This document shows positions 36,332 to 63,520 of a stretch of DNA of 64,000 nt, piece by piece. The stretch spans positions 44,640,001 to 44,704,000 of the forward strand of contig NW_027361788.1 of assembly GCF_039654945.1 (NCBI RefSeq), given 5' to 3'. Under the pieces are notes generated by a model, which was not told where the DNA came from, searched no databases, and was given only the letters and a program-made list of their open reading frames with translations. This stretch comes from Dendrobates tinctorius (lineage: Eukaryota). How positions within the stretch are numbered: the first letter of the stretch is position 1; each line of letters starts with the position of its first letter. Position numbers and translations under genes: made by a program.

Positions 36332-39300
36332 ATGGAGGAATATGTGCGGGAACCATGGTAACGCCGGGCATGACGGGAATGTATCGCTGCTTGTAGCTAT
36401 GTGGCAAAGTGGTGGCACTGTAGGAGCTGTCAACACCCCAGTGCATTCTGGGAGGCAGCTTGTACAGCTGCGCAGAGGTTGCCGGGAAACTTGGTTTCAC
36501 AGACGCTTGTCGTCAGTGGCAACCAATCAGAGCTCAGCTTGTATTTTCGAGCCTTCCATGGGAAAATGAAAGGAGGACTGTAATTGATTGCTATGGAAAC
36601 CATGGAGGCTTCCCATTAGCAAAGCTTTGGATACTTGAGCCATGCTCGCTAATTAGCAGAGCCATCAGCTCTCATGCAGCTGATATGGGGGCATATGGAG
36701 GTAGTTAATAGAGGAGACCTCGACCCCCCCCATGTCTTGATTGTCTCCAACCTTGTGAACTACAGCTCCCTGCATTCCCTGACAGTCTGGTAATAGGATT
36801 GACATCATGGGAATCGTAGTTTTGCTACCAGATTGCTTCTTGCGCTGGTCAGAAGAGGTAGATGCAGGTGTAGTTCTGCTAGTACCTCTGCTTGCTGACG
36901 TGTTTTCCATAGTGATGACATGGGAACATGTCTGGCCTCAGTGGTGACATCTTGGTATTAATTGTTTGCTTTCACCAACTGTATCCAGTGGCAAGATGAA
37001 ATATAGCAAAATGTGGACTTGTCCTTTGACTATTTTGCAGAGTAACAGCTGCCATTTTCCTTTTCCAGCCCCTGGAGGATTGTCGATGACTGCGGCGGAG
37101 CCTTTACAATGGGACTCATCGGGGGAGGGGTATTTCAGTCAATTAAAGGGTTCAGAAATGCTCCAGTGGTGAGTATATCCTGTCTTGTACCTCCAGTGTT
37201 CCTCTTAGGCCGCGGTCACACATGCAACTGCAATGCGAGAAACTCGTGCCTCAATACCTGGCAATGTCGCCGGCACTCGGGACCGGAGTGTGCAGCTGCG
37301 TGTATTTCTATGCAGCTGAACTCTCCAGTCCCGAGTGCCTGCGGCAGTGACAGGTATTAAGGTGATAGACTCACATTGCAGTTGCAAGTGTGACCCCGGC
37401 CATTCACGGGGACTTTGATGAATAACCTGTGTGACTACCACTTAATTCCCTGATTGCAGAGATGTGGCCCTCTCTCCTGCACTGCCCTGTGCTGGTGAAG
37501 AATAGTGCAACATCGGTGGGTCCATTACATTACCACCTTTTCTTTCTTCCCAGGGGTTTAAGCACCGTCTGCGGGGCAGTATGAATGCTGTTAAAATCCG
37601 TGCTCCACAGATAGGAGGTGAGCTCTGTGCTTGGGATACCTGTTTGACACTGTGCCCTCACCCCATTACGCCCCTTTACTGTCTCTGTTATTGTACAGGC
37701 AGCTTTGCGGTGTGGGGGGGCTTGTTCTCCACTATTGACTGTGGTCTGGTGAAGCTTCGTGGGAAGGAGGACCCCTGGAATTCCATCACCAGCGGAGCTC
37801 TTACCGGGGCCGTTCTGGCGTCTCGCAGTAAGAAACCTCTCACCCCTTTTATATTCATCGTTCTAGACATTTCTGAAGTTACCATGGAAGACACATGATA
37901 TTAGATTTTTCCCTTTACATGTTACACTAATACAGAGAGATGTGGCCCCTGACTACAGGATGGAGGCTTCTACTATGGGGGGGGCACTTATAGGGCCACT
38001 GCATGGGATATCAGCCAGCCTAGTCAATGACCAGCTATATAATGCATAGATGGCCTTGGGCTACCAGAGTAAAAGATGATCTTTTTCAGCAATGGAAGTC
38101 CTGAGAGGGGGATAGTTGTACCTTTTAATAGTCAAAGGTTAAGGGAAAAATGACAGGAACGGGCCGCCTTATTGAATCTTTGCAGTTGGTTCAGTAATGA
38201 GTTGAATGATTCAGACCCCCACAGACAAAATCACTTCTTGGATCCGCTTCAATGAAATTAAAATTGGGGGGGAAAAGTAGCAGAAATCCTTGGATAATAA
38301 AACTTGTACGACCATTCTCCCAGTCACTGACCTGAACGATGACTCTGTAGGGATCTGCTCATTACAAGTCTCCCTGAATAATCGTCATCACTGCTCTGTT
38401 TCATTCCTTAGGTGGACCCCTGGCTATGGTGGGCTCAGCACTGATGGGGGGGATATTATTGGCGCTCATAGAAGGTGTCGGCATCCTCCTGACCCGCTAC
38501 ACGGCACAGCAGTTTCAAAACCGTAAGTTCTCTAAACTATATAATACAAAGAATCAAAAGACAATTTGTGCTAAAATGAATTGGATTAATAGAACAGTCT
38601 TGTGGACTGAATGAATAAGCTAAATGAAATATATTTAACTTTTTATATAATAGATCCAATTTACAAAAATGCTGAGATGATAGCCCAGGTGTAATCATAT
38701 AGTGTTTAATCAAATGGATATATCGCCTGCATAGGGATTTGCTCAAATGCAATTAAAGGCATCAAGTGCATACAGCAGACTTAAACCATGCATGTAGGAT
38801 CCACGTATATGGTTGGGGGGGGTTATGGATGGCAGGCAGTATGTATAATGATAGTATAACTACGGACTAACAGGCATCTACATTACTATCATTATACACA
38901 CCGCATGCCATCCTTCCTTTACTATATACGTGGATCCTACATGTATGGTTGAAGTCTGCTGTATGCGCTGTTTGCACTTGATGCTTTAATTGCATTTGAG
39001 CAAATCCCTATGCAGGCGATATATCCATTTGTTTAAACACTATATGATTACATCTGGGCTATCATCTCAGCATCTTTGTAAATCGGATCCATTCTATACA
39101 GGTGAAATATACACTCACTGGCCACTTTATTAGGTACACCTGTCCAACTGTGTGTTAAGACTTAATTTCTAATCAGCCAATCACATGGCGGCAACTCAGT
39201 GCATTTAGGCATGTAGACATGGTCAAGACAATCTCCTGCAGTTCAAACCGAGCATCAGTATGGGGAAGAAAGGTGATTTGAGTGCCTTTGAACGTGGCAT

Positions 39301-40895
39301 GATTGTTGGTGCCAGAAGGGCTGGTCTGAGTATTTCAGAAACTGCTGATCTACTGGGATTTTCACGCACAACCATCTCTAGGGTTTACAGAGAATGGTCC
39401 GAAAAAGAAAAAAAATCCAGTGAGCGGCAGTTCTGTGGCCGGAAATGCCTTGTTGATGTCAGAGGAGAATGGGCATACTGGTTCGAGCTGATAGAAAGGC
39501 AACAGTGACTCAAATTGCCACCCGTTACAACCAAGGTAGGCAGAAGAGCATCTCTGAACGCACAGTGCGTCGAACTTTGAGGCAGATGGGCTACAGCAGC
39601 AGAAGACCACACTGGGTACCACTCCTCTCAGCTAAGAACAGGCATCTCATGGCTACTTTCAGCAGGATAATGCGCCATGTCATAAAGCTCGAATCATCTC
39701 AGATTGGTTTCTTGAACATGACAATGAGTTCACTGTACTCAAATGGCCTCCTCAGTCACCAGATCTCAATCCAATAGAGCATCTTTGGGATGTGGTGGAA
39801 CGGGAGATTCGCATCAGGGATGTGCAGCCGACAAATCTGCGCCAACTGTGTGATGCCATCATGTCAATATGGTCCAAAATCTCTGAGGAATGCTTCCAGC
39901 ACCTTGTTGAATCTCTGCCACGAAGAATTGAGGCAGTTCTGAAGGCAAAAGGGGGTCCAACCCGTTACTAGCATGGTGTACCTAATAAAGTGGCCAGTGA
40001 GTGTATATTTTATGTAGCTTATTGTTTCAGTCCACAAGATTGTTCTAATAATTCATCTCATTTGTAGCACAAACTGTTTTTGATTTTGTTTCCAAGTAAT
40101 TTTGCAAATGGTGGATTTTTACTATTTATTTGCGGCTCGTGAAACAGACACCGGTAACGGCGCCTTTGTGGTTATTTACAGCTTTTATAGAGAACAAACC
40201 ACTTTTATTTTAAAGGGGTCGTACAACTTAAGCCTCTTGTAATTTGACACTTGGTGGTCCCTATGCTGGCGAAACTGTTCTCTCCCACGACTTCATCCCA
40301 TGGGAAACAGTTGGGAGGCCACCATACATATCAGACGGTCGGCTGGTTCCACCAAGATTGTCATTTTGGCTGACTTTCATCTAATGTGTATGGAGGCCTT
40401 TATGTCCAGCTGTTGATTATCATCTGCTGTTATCTAAGAATGCTACATGCTGCCATTGCAGGGGGCTTATAGTATTCCAAAGACATACTGATAGGGAATT
40501 TAGATTGTGAGCCCCATCGGGGACAGTGATGATAATGTGTGCAAACTGTAAACCGCTGCGGAATATGTTAGCGCTATATAAAAATAAAGATGATGATTAT
40601 TCTGCAGCTCTGTTGTGAATGATGGAGGGGTCCCAGAGTAGCCCACTCCTTATGCACCCTCCCATGTCCTGATTTTGCCTCCGTCCGCTCTGTACCGCTT
40701 CTGTCTGGTGCTATGTCCACGCTTTAGTCACAATGTTGTGTAATGGACCCAATCTGTAGCTACGCCCCCGTTCTGTCCATATTTCAAGGGGGAGGGCATC
40801 ATTGAGGGATGAGCATGCAGCTCCTTTACTAGTCTTTGTTGGTTTATTTTGCAGCCAGTCCATTTGCAGAAGGGCCAAGCAATATACCGCACTGA
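36332..40895 (+). CDS. TIMM17B: Mitochondrial inner membrane translocase Tim17-B, 156 aa; exons 36332-36357, 37069-37168, 37554-37617, 37699-37827, 38412-38522, 40855-40895
   Basis: [24 protein letters not shown]...[87 protein letters not shown]. Phases are consistent; AATAAA at 41020-25. The B paralog is supported by linkage to PQBP1. Confidence 0.95.
37208..37401. mobile_element. Short Harbinger-type MITE in TIMM17B intron 2
   Basis: TIRs ggccgcggtcacacatgcaactgcaatg / cattgcagttgcaagtgtgaccccggcc. Confidence 0.7.
38547..40090. repeat. Diverged foldback (arms about 310 bp) interrupted by a Tc1, in TIMM17B intron 5
   Basis: Left arm 38547-38857 pairs with 38884-39111 plus 40004-40090; centre about 38870. 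Confidence 0.8.
39112..40003 (+). mobile_element. Internally deleted Tc1 transposon
   Basis: TIRs cactcactggccactttattaggtacacc / ggtgtacctaataaagtggccagtgagtg; TA TSD; [23 protein letters not shown]-terminus; central part missing. Confidence 0.92.
40474..40592 (+). mobile_element. 5'-truncated SINE, 3' end only
   Basis: ccaaagacatactgatagggaatttagattgtgagcccc is homologous to the 24815-25040 element; A-rich end. Confidence 0.65.
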
Positions 40896-41279
40896 CGCTG
40901 GAAACAGCCGGCCGCTTGGGCTTTTTATTTCAATGGTGGTGATGTTGAAGACTTGCGATACAGGTTAAGGAAGAATATGGGATTTGTATAAGTGAAGTGT
41001 TCTTATCCTTCTGTATAGAAATAAACCGTGTTCATTGTGTAACGTGTGACCCTCAGCGTGTGTATTGTATGATCACCCCCAGCCTGCAGGAGAATGAGGG
41101 GGTGTTATGGCATGTTTTTTTTTTTATGGACACATTAATTACATTTATTTCCATTTGTCCAGTAATAATCCCTTATACAATTCCCATGCCACGGTCTTCA
41201 TAATGGGGCAACGAAGGAGAAATGTTTCTAGAAACAGACACTTTTACTTGGATGTTGCGATCGGTCATTTCTTCAGCTT

Positions 41280-54103
<12,824 letters not shown>

Positions 54104-54394
54104 AGAGAATAATGGGCCACGGAGGGTGTAATTGTAGTGACCCAGCTGCATGTAAATCCAGGCTGATGGCTGACAATAATCGTAACTGAAATAATGGAAA
54201 GTGACCGAGCGGCTAAAGAACGAGGCACGCTGTGTACTGAGCACACAACAATCACATGGCTCATCAGAGGGGCAGGAGGCTCCGGAGGGCTCCGCAGCGC
54301 CCCGCACAAGGTTTTCATCCAGTTTTCTGATCATATATAAAAGCAGATGAAAAGCTTATTTTTAGATGAGACATTTCCCAGCTTATGTGTGACC

Positions 54395-55640
54395 GATATA
54401 CAGGCCTTAACCCTTCCTGCTCCAGATCCCTATATACAGGCCTTAACCCTTCCTGCTCCAGATCCCTATATACAGGCCTTAACCCTTCCTCCTCCAGATC
54501 CCTATGTACGGGCCTTAACCCTTGCTCCTCCAGATCCCTATGTACGGGCCTTAACCCTTGCTCCTCCAGATCCCTATGTACGGGCCTTAACCCTTGCTCC
54601 TCCAGATCCCTATGTACGGGCCTTAACCCTTGCTCCTCCAGATCCCTATGTACGGGACTTAACCCTTGCTCCCCCAGATCCCTATGTACGGGACTTAACC
54701 CTTCTTTCTCCAGATCCCTATATGCAGGACTTAACCCTTCCATTTTCTGTTCCCTATATACAGGACTTAACCCTTCCTCTTACAGATCCCTATGTACGGG
54801 AGAATTAACCCTTCCTCTTCCAGATCCCTATGTACGGGAGAATTAACCCTTCCTCTTCCAGATCCCTATGTACGGGAGAATTAACCCTTCCTCTTCCAGA
54901 TCCCTATGTACGGGAGAATTAACCCTTCCTCTTCCAGATCCCTATGTACGGGAGAATTAACCCTTCCTCTTCCAGATCCCTATGTACGGGAGAATTAACC
55001 CTTCCTCTTCCAGATCCCTATGTATGGGAGAATTAACCCTTCCTCTTCCAGATCCCTATGTATGGGAGAATTAACCCTTCCTCTTCCAGATCCCTATGTA
55101 CGGGAGAATTAACCCTTCCTCTTCCAGATCCCTATGTACGGGAGAATTAACCCTTCCTCTTCCAGATCCCTATGTACGGGAGAATTAACCCTTCCTCTTC
55201 CAGATCCCTATGTACGGGAGAATTAACCCTTCCTCTTCCAGATCCCTATGTATGGGAGAATTAACCCTTCTTTCTCCAGATCGCTATGTATGGGACTTAA
55301 CCCTTCCTTTTTCTGATCCCTATACACAGGTCTTAACCCTTCCTCCTTCAGATCCCTATATACAGGTCTTTAACCCTTCCTCAACCTGCCTGTATGTACA
55401 GGCCTTAAGCCTTCCTCCTTCAGATCCCTATGTACAGGCCTTAAGCCTTCCTCCTTCAGATCCCTATATACAGGTCTTAACCCTTCCTCCTTCAGATCCC
55501 TATATACAGACCTTAACCCTTCCTCCTTCAGATCCCTATATACAGGCCTTATCCCTTCCTCGACCTGTCTGTATGTACAGGACTTAACCCTTCCTCTTTC
55601 AGATACCTATACACAGAACTTAACCCTTCCTCGTCCACAT
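54395..55640. repeat. 36/38-bp minisatellite (ccagatccctatgtacgggagaattaacccttcctctt), more than 30 copies
   Basis: 36-bp units flank a homogeneous 38-bp core at about 54790-55270; degenerate copies continue toward about 56000. Confidence 0.95.
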
Positions 55641-58149
55641 CTGTATATACAGGAGTTTGTCCTTTCACCTCGAGAGATAAATATACTGTATACATACATA
55701 TAGCTTAACACTTTCTCCTCCAGAACAGTACATGGATGACTTAACTGTTTCTCCCCCAGCTGCTTGCAAAGGGGACTTAATCCTTCTTTTTCTACGGCTC
55801 AATATCTCATACTATTAAAACTCAAAGTTAATCCTTTCTTTTCCAGAGTATAAAATGGAGCCATACCAGTTGACTTAACCCTTTCAGAAGCTTATACGCC
55901 ATACCTATCCCTTTCTCCTTCAAGAGCCTCCTATTTCCCAAACTTATACCTTATTCCTCCTATTAACCCTTCCTTCCCTGCAGCCCTATGTCGCCACGAT
56001 CACCCCTCTTTTATTTGCGCACCTTGGATAATCCTTTAGCAGCCCCTTTATCCACCTCTTCATCAAGAGCCCTAAAATATGACTTCATCCTTACAGCCCT
56101 TAAATATGTAGATGAGGTAACTCTTCATTTCCCGGAGTAGCACACAGCACTGATTCATCCCTTCTGTGCTGTACATTTAGCACTTTAATACACCCTGCAA
56201 TATTCATCTTGGCACCATGGACAGGTCATCTAACCCCAATGGTAAAAAGAGACAAAACTTTGTGCACATGGACTTTGGTCTACATCTACAGCTTTCTCCT
56301 CTCATTCAACCCTTTCTGCCCTTTAACTTATTTTCATTCATCCTTCCATCCGTCCATCCGAGCCTTACCTTGTCGCCATCCTGACTGTTGCACCTCATTG
56401 AATTTCTCTCAGGATCAGCGCTCATACCTGTACCCCTATGATCAACTCGTGACTTCATCTGCTCGTTACCATTGGGCACCTGAGACCTCTCCCCGCCATT
56501 GGGGGTCTCATCCTATAGGGACTGCTGCTCACTTACCTTCGCTGTAGCCTACAGCCCATGGAATCGGGTGTAATAACAGAGCTGGGAGGATTGCTTCTTC
56601 CTTTGCTCATCATCCGGTGAGGCTGTAATCCATCTGGGATGTGTGAGTGAGGGGGAGGAGGGCTGGGTGCCATGTGTGATAACAGAGAGTGGGGAGTGAT
56701 GAAGAGGAAGCTGTGGGGGTCCATGGTGCCCTGTATGAGAAGTGCCAGCTGGGTATGAGGGAGGGGAGGTATATTCTGCCCCTCACCGCATTTCCACCTT
56801 TCTCATTGCACAGCCCACCATGCTTTCTCCTACTTTTCCCACTAGTGACTTTTGCTCGCTCCGTTCCATTCTCAGTTTTCCTACAGACGTGCTGCCCACG
56901 GCTCCTCCTGTTCACTTGCTCACCCTCATTCATTTCTCACCAGCTGATGCTGTCATTTCTTCTCAATACTTTCCCTGGGTCCAAACTGGAACTGGTGTCT
57001 CCAATCTGTGCCCATGAAACAAGGGCATTTTTTTTTCTTTTACCCCCCGAGGGGGGGGGGGGGTGAGTGCAACTAAGAGACAAGTTTAGGCACGGAGCGT
57101 TCTCACCAATGAGGCTCACAATCTATTTTTTCCTATTTTTGACCCACAAGAAGCCACCTATGCTGGGGCTACAGCCAGGCCACTTTGGCCATGACATGAA
57201 CGCCATAATGCAAATGTACTCACAATGCATCCAGCAAGTCACCAGAAAGCCAAACCTAGCAGACGTGTGTGTCGTGGCACATTTACTATGGGGCAATGTA
57301 GCAGCGACTTGTGTAGTCACAGCCTTAACCCACCCTTGGCTTTTACAGCCTTGAATGACACACAAGCAAACATGGGGGGAAAACCTACAGACTCTACTGA
57401 GATTTTGTCCTTGGTGCAATTCCACCCCCTGATGCCAATGCTAAACACTGAACCACCAGTGGCTGAAACCCTCCTTTAAGACGGCCATACAGATCAGATT
57501 GACTGATGATGCACCACTGACCCATCACCCCATAAAAACTGGACTCCTTCCGTATTTCTATAGTGAGATGCACCATGAACGCGATGTTGTGGCTTCTGCA
57601 TCCATTACTATGGGCCATGTCTGGTATTCATTCAGTTGTAGTACCAGTAACATCCTATGATAAGAGTGGCGCTGTGTCAGGGAAAACAAAGCCTGCCTTT
57701 GTATTCCCAATCTCATACAACCTGTATACATATGTGGCTCTAGGATCAAATTCCAGAATGGTGTCTTTTAAATAAAAAAAAGCTCCATTATTGGTGATCG
57801 CGTGTGGCAGTGTTATGTGAATGGGGCCTTAGATGGATTGAAGAATTGCTGGAGCCTGTCACACACTTGTGTTCCCATACTGCCCTCTCCTATTGTGCTC
57901 ACACAAGACAAACATTACTTACTCCTTATTTTCTCTCTTCTTACTTTATCTGAATTAGGACTTGACAAGTGGGAATTTATAAAAGTGCAATCTGCCTGCA
58001 GAACGTAAATGAGCAGGAGCAGCGTAAGGCAAATTCTCTGCACGAGATTTCTCTGGGGACTAAGACACTTCCAATGGGCAAGAGAGCTTCAGGGAGCACA
58101 GAAAAAGCTGAATGCCAATCTAACCGGCGTACAGCTTCCATTCAATATA

Positions 58150-59289
58150 CAGGTTCTTCTCACAAAATTAGAATATCATCAAAAAGTTTATTTCAGTTCT
58201 TCAATACAAAAAGTGAAACTCATATATTATATAGTCATTACACACAGTGATCTATTTCACGTGTTTATTTCTGTTAATGTTGATGATTATGGCTTACAGT
58301 CAATAAAAACCCAAAAGTCATTATCTCAGTAAATTAGAATACTTTATAACACCAGCTTGAAAGATGATTGTAAACTCTGAAATGTTGGCCTACTGAAATG
58401 TATGTTCAGTAAATGCACTCAATACTTGGTCGGGGCTCCTTTTGCATCAATTACTGCATCAATGCGGCGTCGCATGGAGGTGATCAGCCTGTGGCACTGC
58501 TGAGGAGTTATGGAAGCCCAGGTTGCTTTGATAGCAGCCTTCAGCTCGTCTGCATTCTTGGGTCTGGTGTCTCTCATCTTCCTCTTGACAGTACCCCATA
58601 GATTCTCTATGGGGTTAAGGTCAGGTGAGTTTGCTGGCCAATCAAGCACAGTGATACTGTTGTTTAGACCAGGTATTGGTACTTTTGGCAGTGTGGACAG
58701 GTGCCAAGTCCTGCTAGTGAATGAAATTTCCATCTCCATAAAGCTTGTCGGCAGAGGGAAGGATGGAGGTGCTCTAAAATTTCCTGGTAGACGGCTGCGC
58801 TGACTTTGGTCTTGATAAAACACAGTGGACCTACACCAGCAGATGACATGGCTCCCCAAACCATCACTGATTGTGGAAACTTCACACTAGACCTCAAGCA
58901 GCTTGGATTGTGTCCTCTCCACTCTTCTTCCAGACTCTGGGACCTTGATTTCCAAATGAAATGCAATATTTACTTTCATCTGAAAACAACACCTTGGACC
59001 ACTGAGCAACAGCCCAGTTCTTTTTCTCCTTGGCCCAGTAAGACGCTTCTGGCGTTGTCTATTGGCCATGAGTGGCTTGACACAAGGAATGCGACACTTG
59101 TAGCCCATGTCCTGGATACGTCTTTGTGTGGTGCTCTTGAAGCAATGACTCCAGCAGCAGTCCACTCCTTGTGAATCTTCCCCCAAATTTTTAAATGGCC
59201 TTTTCATAACAATTCTTTCATGGCTGTGGTTATCCCGGTTGCTTGTGCACCTCTTTTTACCACACTTTTTCCTTCCACTCAACTTTCCA
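58150..59289 (-). mobile_element. Tc1 transposon (3' part), frameshifted and interrupted at TTAA 59290
   Basis: TA-caggttcttctcacaaaattagaatat terminus; [15 protein letters not shown]...PTKY; SGRKKCGKKRCT. Confidence 0.9.
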
Positions 59290-59293
59290 TTAA

Positions 59294-61690
59294 CCCCTTT
59301 GAGACTAAGCCAGTTTTCACCTGAATGACCGGGTCAATTTTTACAATTCTGAGCACTGTCACTTTATGAGGTAATATCTCTGGAACGCTTCAATGGAATC
59401 CCGGTGATTCTGAGACTCTTTTCTCAGGACATATTGTACTTTACGATAGCAGTAAAATTTCTTCAATATAACTTGTGTTTGTTTGTGAAAGAAACGGAAA
59501 TTTGGCGAAAATTTTACAATTTTCAAACTTTTAATTTTTATGCCCTTAATCCCTTTCTGCCATTGGACATACTATCCCGTCCATGTGCCTTGGGACTTAA
59601 TGCCCTTGGACGGGATAGTAAATCATAGAGATCAGCGACGCTCAAGGGGGGGAGCGCTGCTGATCGCGGCCGGGTGTCAGCTGATTATCACAGGTGACAC
59701 CCGACACTATGTGTCAGGGGCGGCACGTTAACCCCTGGCACACTGCGATCAAACACGATCGCAGTGTATCGGGGGTTTAGAGAAGCATCAGCAGGGAGAG
59801 GGCTCCCTCAGTGCTTCCCTGCGACCCCCACCCCCCCAACGCAGCGCTATGTGCTGTGCTGCTCTGGGGGCCTCCTTCCCTGCAGGTCCCCCGATCCATT
59901 ATGGCCGCAGGGGCCTTCGGGGGCCTGCAGGGAGGTGGCTTCCTCAGTGCCTGCAGAACGAAGGCATGAGGAAGCCTTGGGCAGCGCCTTTCAGATCACT
60001 GATCTGTCACAGCGCTGTGTGACGTGTCAGATCAGCGATCTGACATATGACAGTGATTTCCCCCCAGGACAATTTAATAAAGTTAAAAAAAAAAAAAAAA
60101 GTGTAAAAATAATTTATAAAAAAAATCGCTAAATAAATATTCCCTAATATATTCATTTTTTGGAAATAAAAAAAAAACAAAAAAACAATAAAAGTACACA
60201 TATTTAGTATCACCGTGTCCGTAACGATGCACCCTATAAAACTGTCCCATTAGTTAACCCCTTTAGGGAACCCCTTAAAAAATAAAAATAAAAAACAATG
60301 CTTTATTATCATTCCGCCGATCAAAAAGTGCAATAACGCGTGATCAAAAAGACAGATATATATATATAACCATGGTACCGCTGAAAACATCATCTTGTCC
60401 CGCAAAAAAACGAGCCGCCATACAGCGTCATCAGTGAAAAAATAAAAAAGTTATAGCTCGCAGAATAAAGCGATGCAAAAATAATTATTTTTTATATAAA
60501 TTGTTTTCATTGCATAAAAGCGGTAAAACATAAAAAAAATATAAATGAGGTATCACTGTAATCGTACTGACCCGAAGAATAAAACCGCTTTATCAATTTT
60601 ACCACACGCGGAACACTGTAAATGCACCCCCCAAAAGAAATTCATGAAATGCTGGTTTTTGATCATTATGCATCCCAAAAATCGGAATAAAAAGCAATCA
60701 AAAAAGTCACGTACCCGAAAATGGTACCAATAAAAACGTCAACTGGTCCCGCAAAAAGTAAGACCTCACATGACTCGGGTCAAACTATTGAAAAATTATA
60801 TCTCTCAAAATGTGGTGATGCAAAAACTATTTTTACAATAAAAAGCGTCTTTTAGCGTATGACAGCTGCCAAACACAAAAACCCGCAAAAATAGTAAATC
60901 AAACCCCCCGTTATCACCCCCTTAGGGGAAAAATAATAAAATTAAAAAAAATGTATTTATTTCCATTTTCCGGCTAGGGTTAGGGCTGAGGTTAGGGGTG
61001 TGTTGAGGTTAGGGTTGGAGTTAGAACTGGGGGGTTTTCACTGTTTAGGCACATCAGGGGCTCTCCAAACGCAACATGGCGTCTGATCTCAATTCCAGCC
61101 AATTCTGCGTTGAAAAAGTCAAATGGTGCACCTTCCCTTCCAAGTTCTGCCATGCACCCAAACAGTGTTTTACCCCAACATATGGGGTATCAGCCTACTC
61201 AGGACAAATTGCAAAACAACTTTTGGGGTTCAATTTCTCCTGTTACCGTTAGGAAAATAAAAATTGGGGGCAAAAATATCATTTTTGTGGAAAAAAAGTT
61301 GTTTTTTTTTTTATTTTCACGCCCGGGCGTTATAAAATTCAGTGAAGCACTTGGGGGTTCAAAATGCTCACCACACATCTAGATAAGTTCCTTGGGGGGT
61401 CTAGCTTCCAAAATAGTGTCACTTGTGGGGGTTTCAACAGTTTAGGCACATCAGAGGCTCTCCAAACGCGACATGACACCCGCAGACTATTCCATCAATT
61501 TCTGCATTCCAAAACGTCACTACTTCCCTTCCAAGCCCCGACATGTGCCCATACAGTAGTTTTCTCCCACATATGTGGTATCATTGTACTCTGGATAAAT
61601 TGGACAACAACTTTTGGTGTCCAATATCTCCTGTTACCCTTGGGGAAAATAAAAAAATTTGGGACTAAAAGACCATGTTTGTGGAAAAAG

Positions 61691-61730
<40 letters not shown>

Positions 61731-63488
61731 TCACACCCGGGCGTTATAAACTTCTGTGAAGCCCTTGGGGGTTCAAAGTGCTCAACACACATCTAGATAA
61801 GTTCCTTGGGGGGGTCTAGTTTCCAAAATAGTGTCATTTGTGGGGGGTTTCCACTGTTTAGGCACATTAGGGGCTTTCCAAACGCGGCATGGCGTACGAT
61901 CCCAATTCCAGCGAAAAAAGTCAAACGGCGCTGCTTCCCTTCCGAGCTCTGCCATGCGCCCAAATAGTGGTTTACCCCCACATGTGGGGTATCAGCGTAC
62001 TCAGGACAAATTTCACAATAAACTTTGGGGTCCTGTTACCCTTGGGAAAATAAAAATTTTGGGTGAAAAGATCATTTTTGTGGAAAAAATATGATTTTTT
62101 TTAATTTTACGGCTGTACGTTATAAACTTCTGTGAAGCCCTTGTGGGTTCAAAGTTCTCACCACATATCTAGATAAGTTACTTGGGGGGTCTAGTTTTCA
62201 AAATGGGGTCACTTGTGGGGGGTTTCCACTGTTTAGGCATATCAGGGGCTCTCCAAACGTGACATGGCGTCCGATCTCAATTCCAGCCAATCTTCCATTG
62301 AAAAAGTCAAACGGCGCTCCTTCCCTTCTGAGCTCTGCCGTGCGCCAAAACAGTGGTTCCCCCCCCTTCACATTTCAGGTATCAGCGTACTCAGGACAAA
62401 TTGCACAATAACTTTTGCAATCCAATTTCTCCTGCTACCCTTGGTAAAATAAAAAAAATTGGACCTGAAGTAATTTTTTTGTGGAAAAAAAGTTAAATGT
62501 TCAATTTTTTTTTTTTTTTTTTTTAAACATTTAAAAAATTCCTGTGAAGTACCTGAAGGGTTAATAAACTTCTTGAATGTGGTTTTGAGCACCTTGAGGG
62601 GTGCAGTTTTTAGAATGGTGTCACTTTTGGGTATTTTCTATCATATAGACCTCTCAAAGTGACTTCAATTGTGATGTGGTCCGTAAAAATAAAATGGTGT
62701 TGCAAAAATGAGAAATCGCTGGTCAACTTTTAACCCTTCCTAACAAAAAAAATTATTGGTTCCAAAATTGTGTTGATGTAAAGTAAACATATGGGAAATG
62801 TTATTTATTAAGATTGTTGTGCACCATATCTCTGTGATTTAAGGGCATAAAAATTCAAAGTTGGAAAATTGCGAAATTTTCAAAATTTTCGCCAAGTTTC
62901 CGTTTTTTTCACAAACGCAAGTCATATCAATGAAATTTTACCATTAACATGAAGTACAATATGTCACGAGAAAACAATGTCAGAATCATCGGGATCCATG
63001 GAAGTGTTCCAGAGTTATTACCTTATAAAGGGACAGTGGTCAGAATTGTAAAAAATTGGCCCGGTCAGGAACGTGCAAACCACCCTTGGGGGTAAAGGGG
63101 TTACATCAGAGAGTCATATCGCACAAAATAGTTAATAAATAACATTTCCCACATGTCTACTTTATATCAGCACAATTTTGGAATAAAATTGTTTTTTTGT
63201 TAGGAAGTTATAAGGTTTAAAAGTTGACCAGCGATTTTCATTTTTTCAACAAATATTTACAAAAAACATTTTTTTTGGGACCACTTCACATTTGAAGTGA
63301 GTTTGAGGGGCCTATATGAAAGAAAATGCCAAAAAGTGACACCATTCTAAAAATTGCAGCCCTCAAGGTACTGAAAACCACATTCAAGAAGTTTATTAAC
63401 CCTTCAGGTGCTTCACTGGAATTTTTGGAATGTGGAAGGAAAAAATACATTTACTTTTTTTTTTTTTTTCACAAAAAAATTTTCCTTT

Positions 63489-63520
<32 letters not shown>

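Noticed and set aside
54315-55587. Repetitive 125-153 aa ORFs
   Set aside because: Translations of the 36-bp minisatellite, open in several frames.
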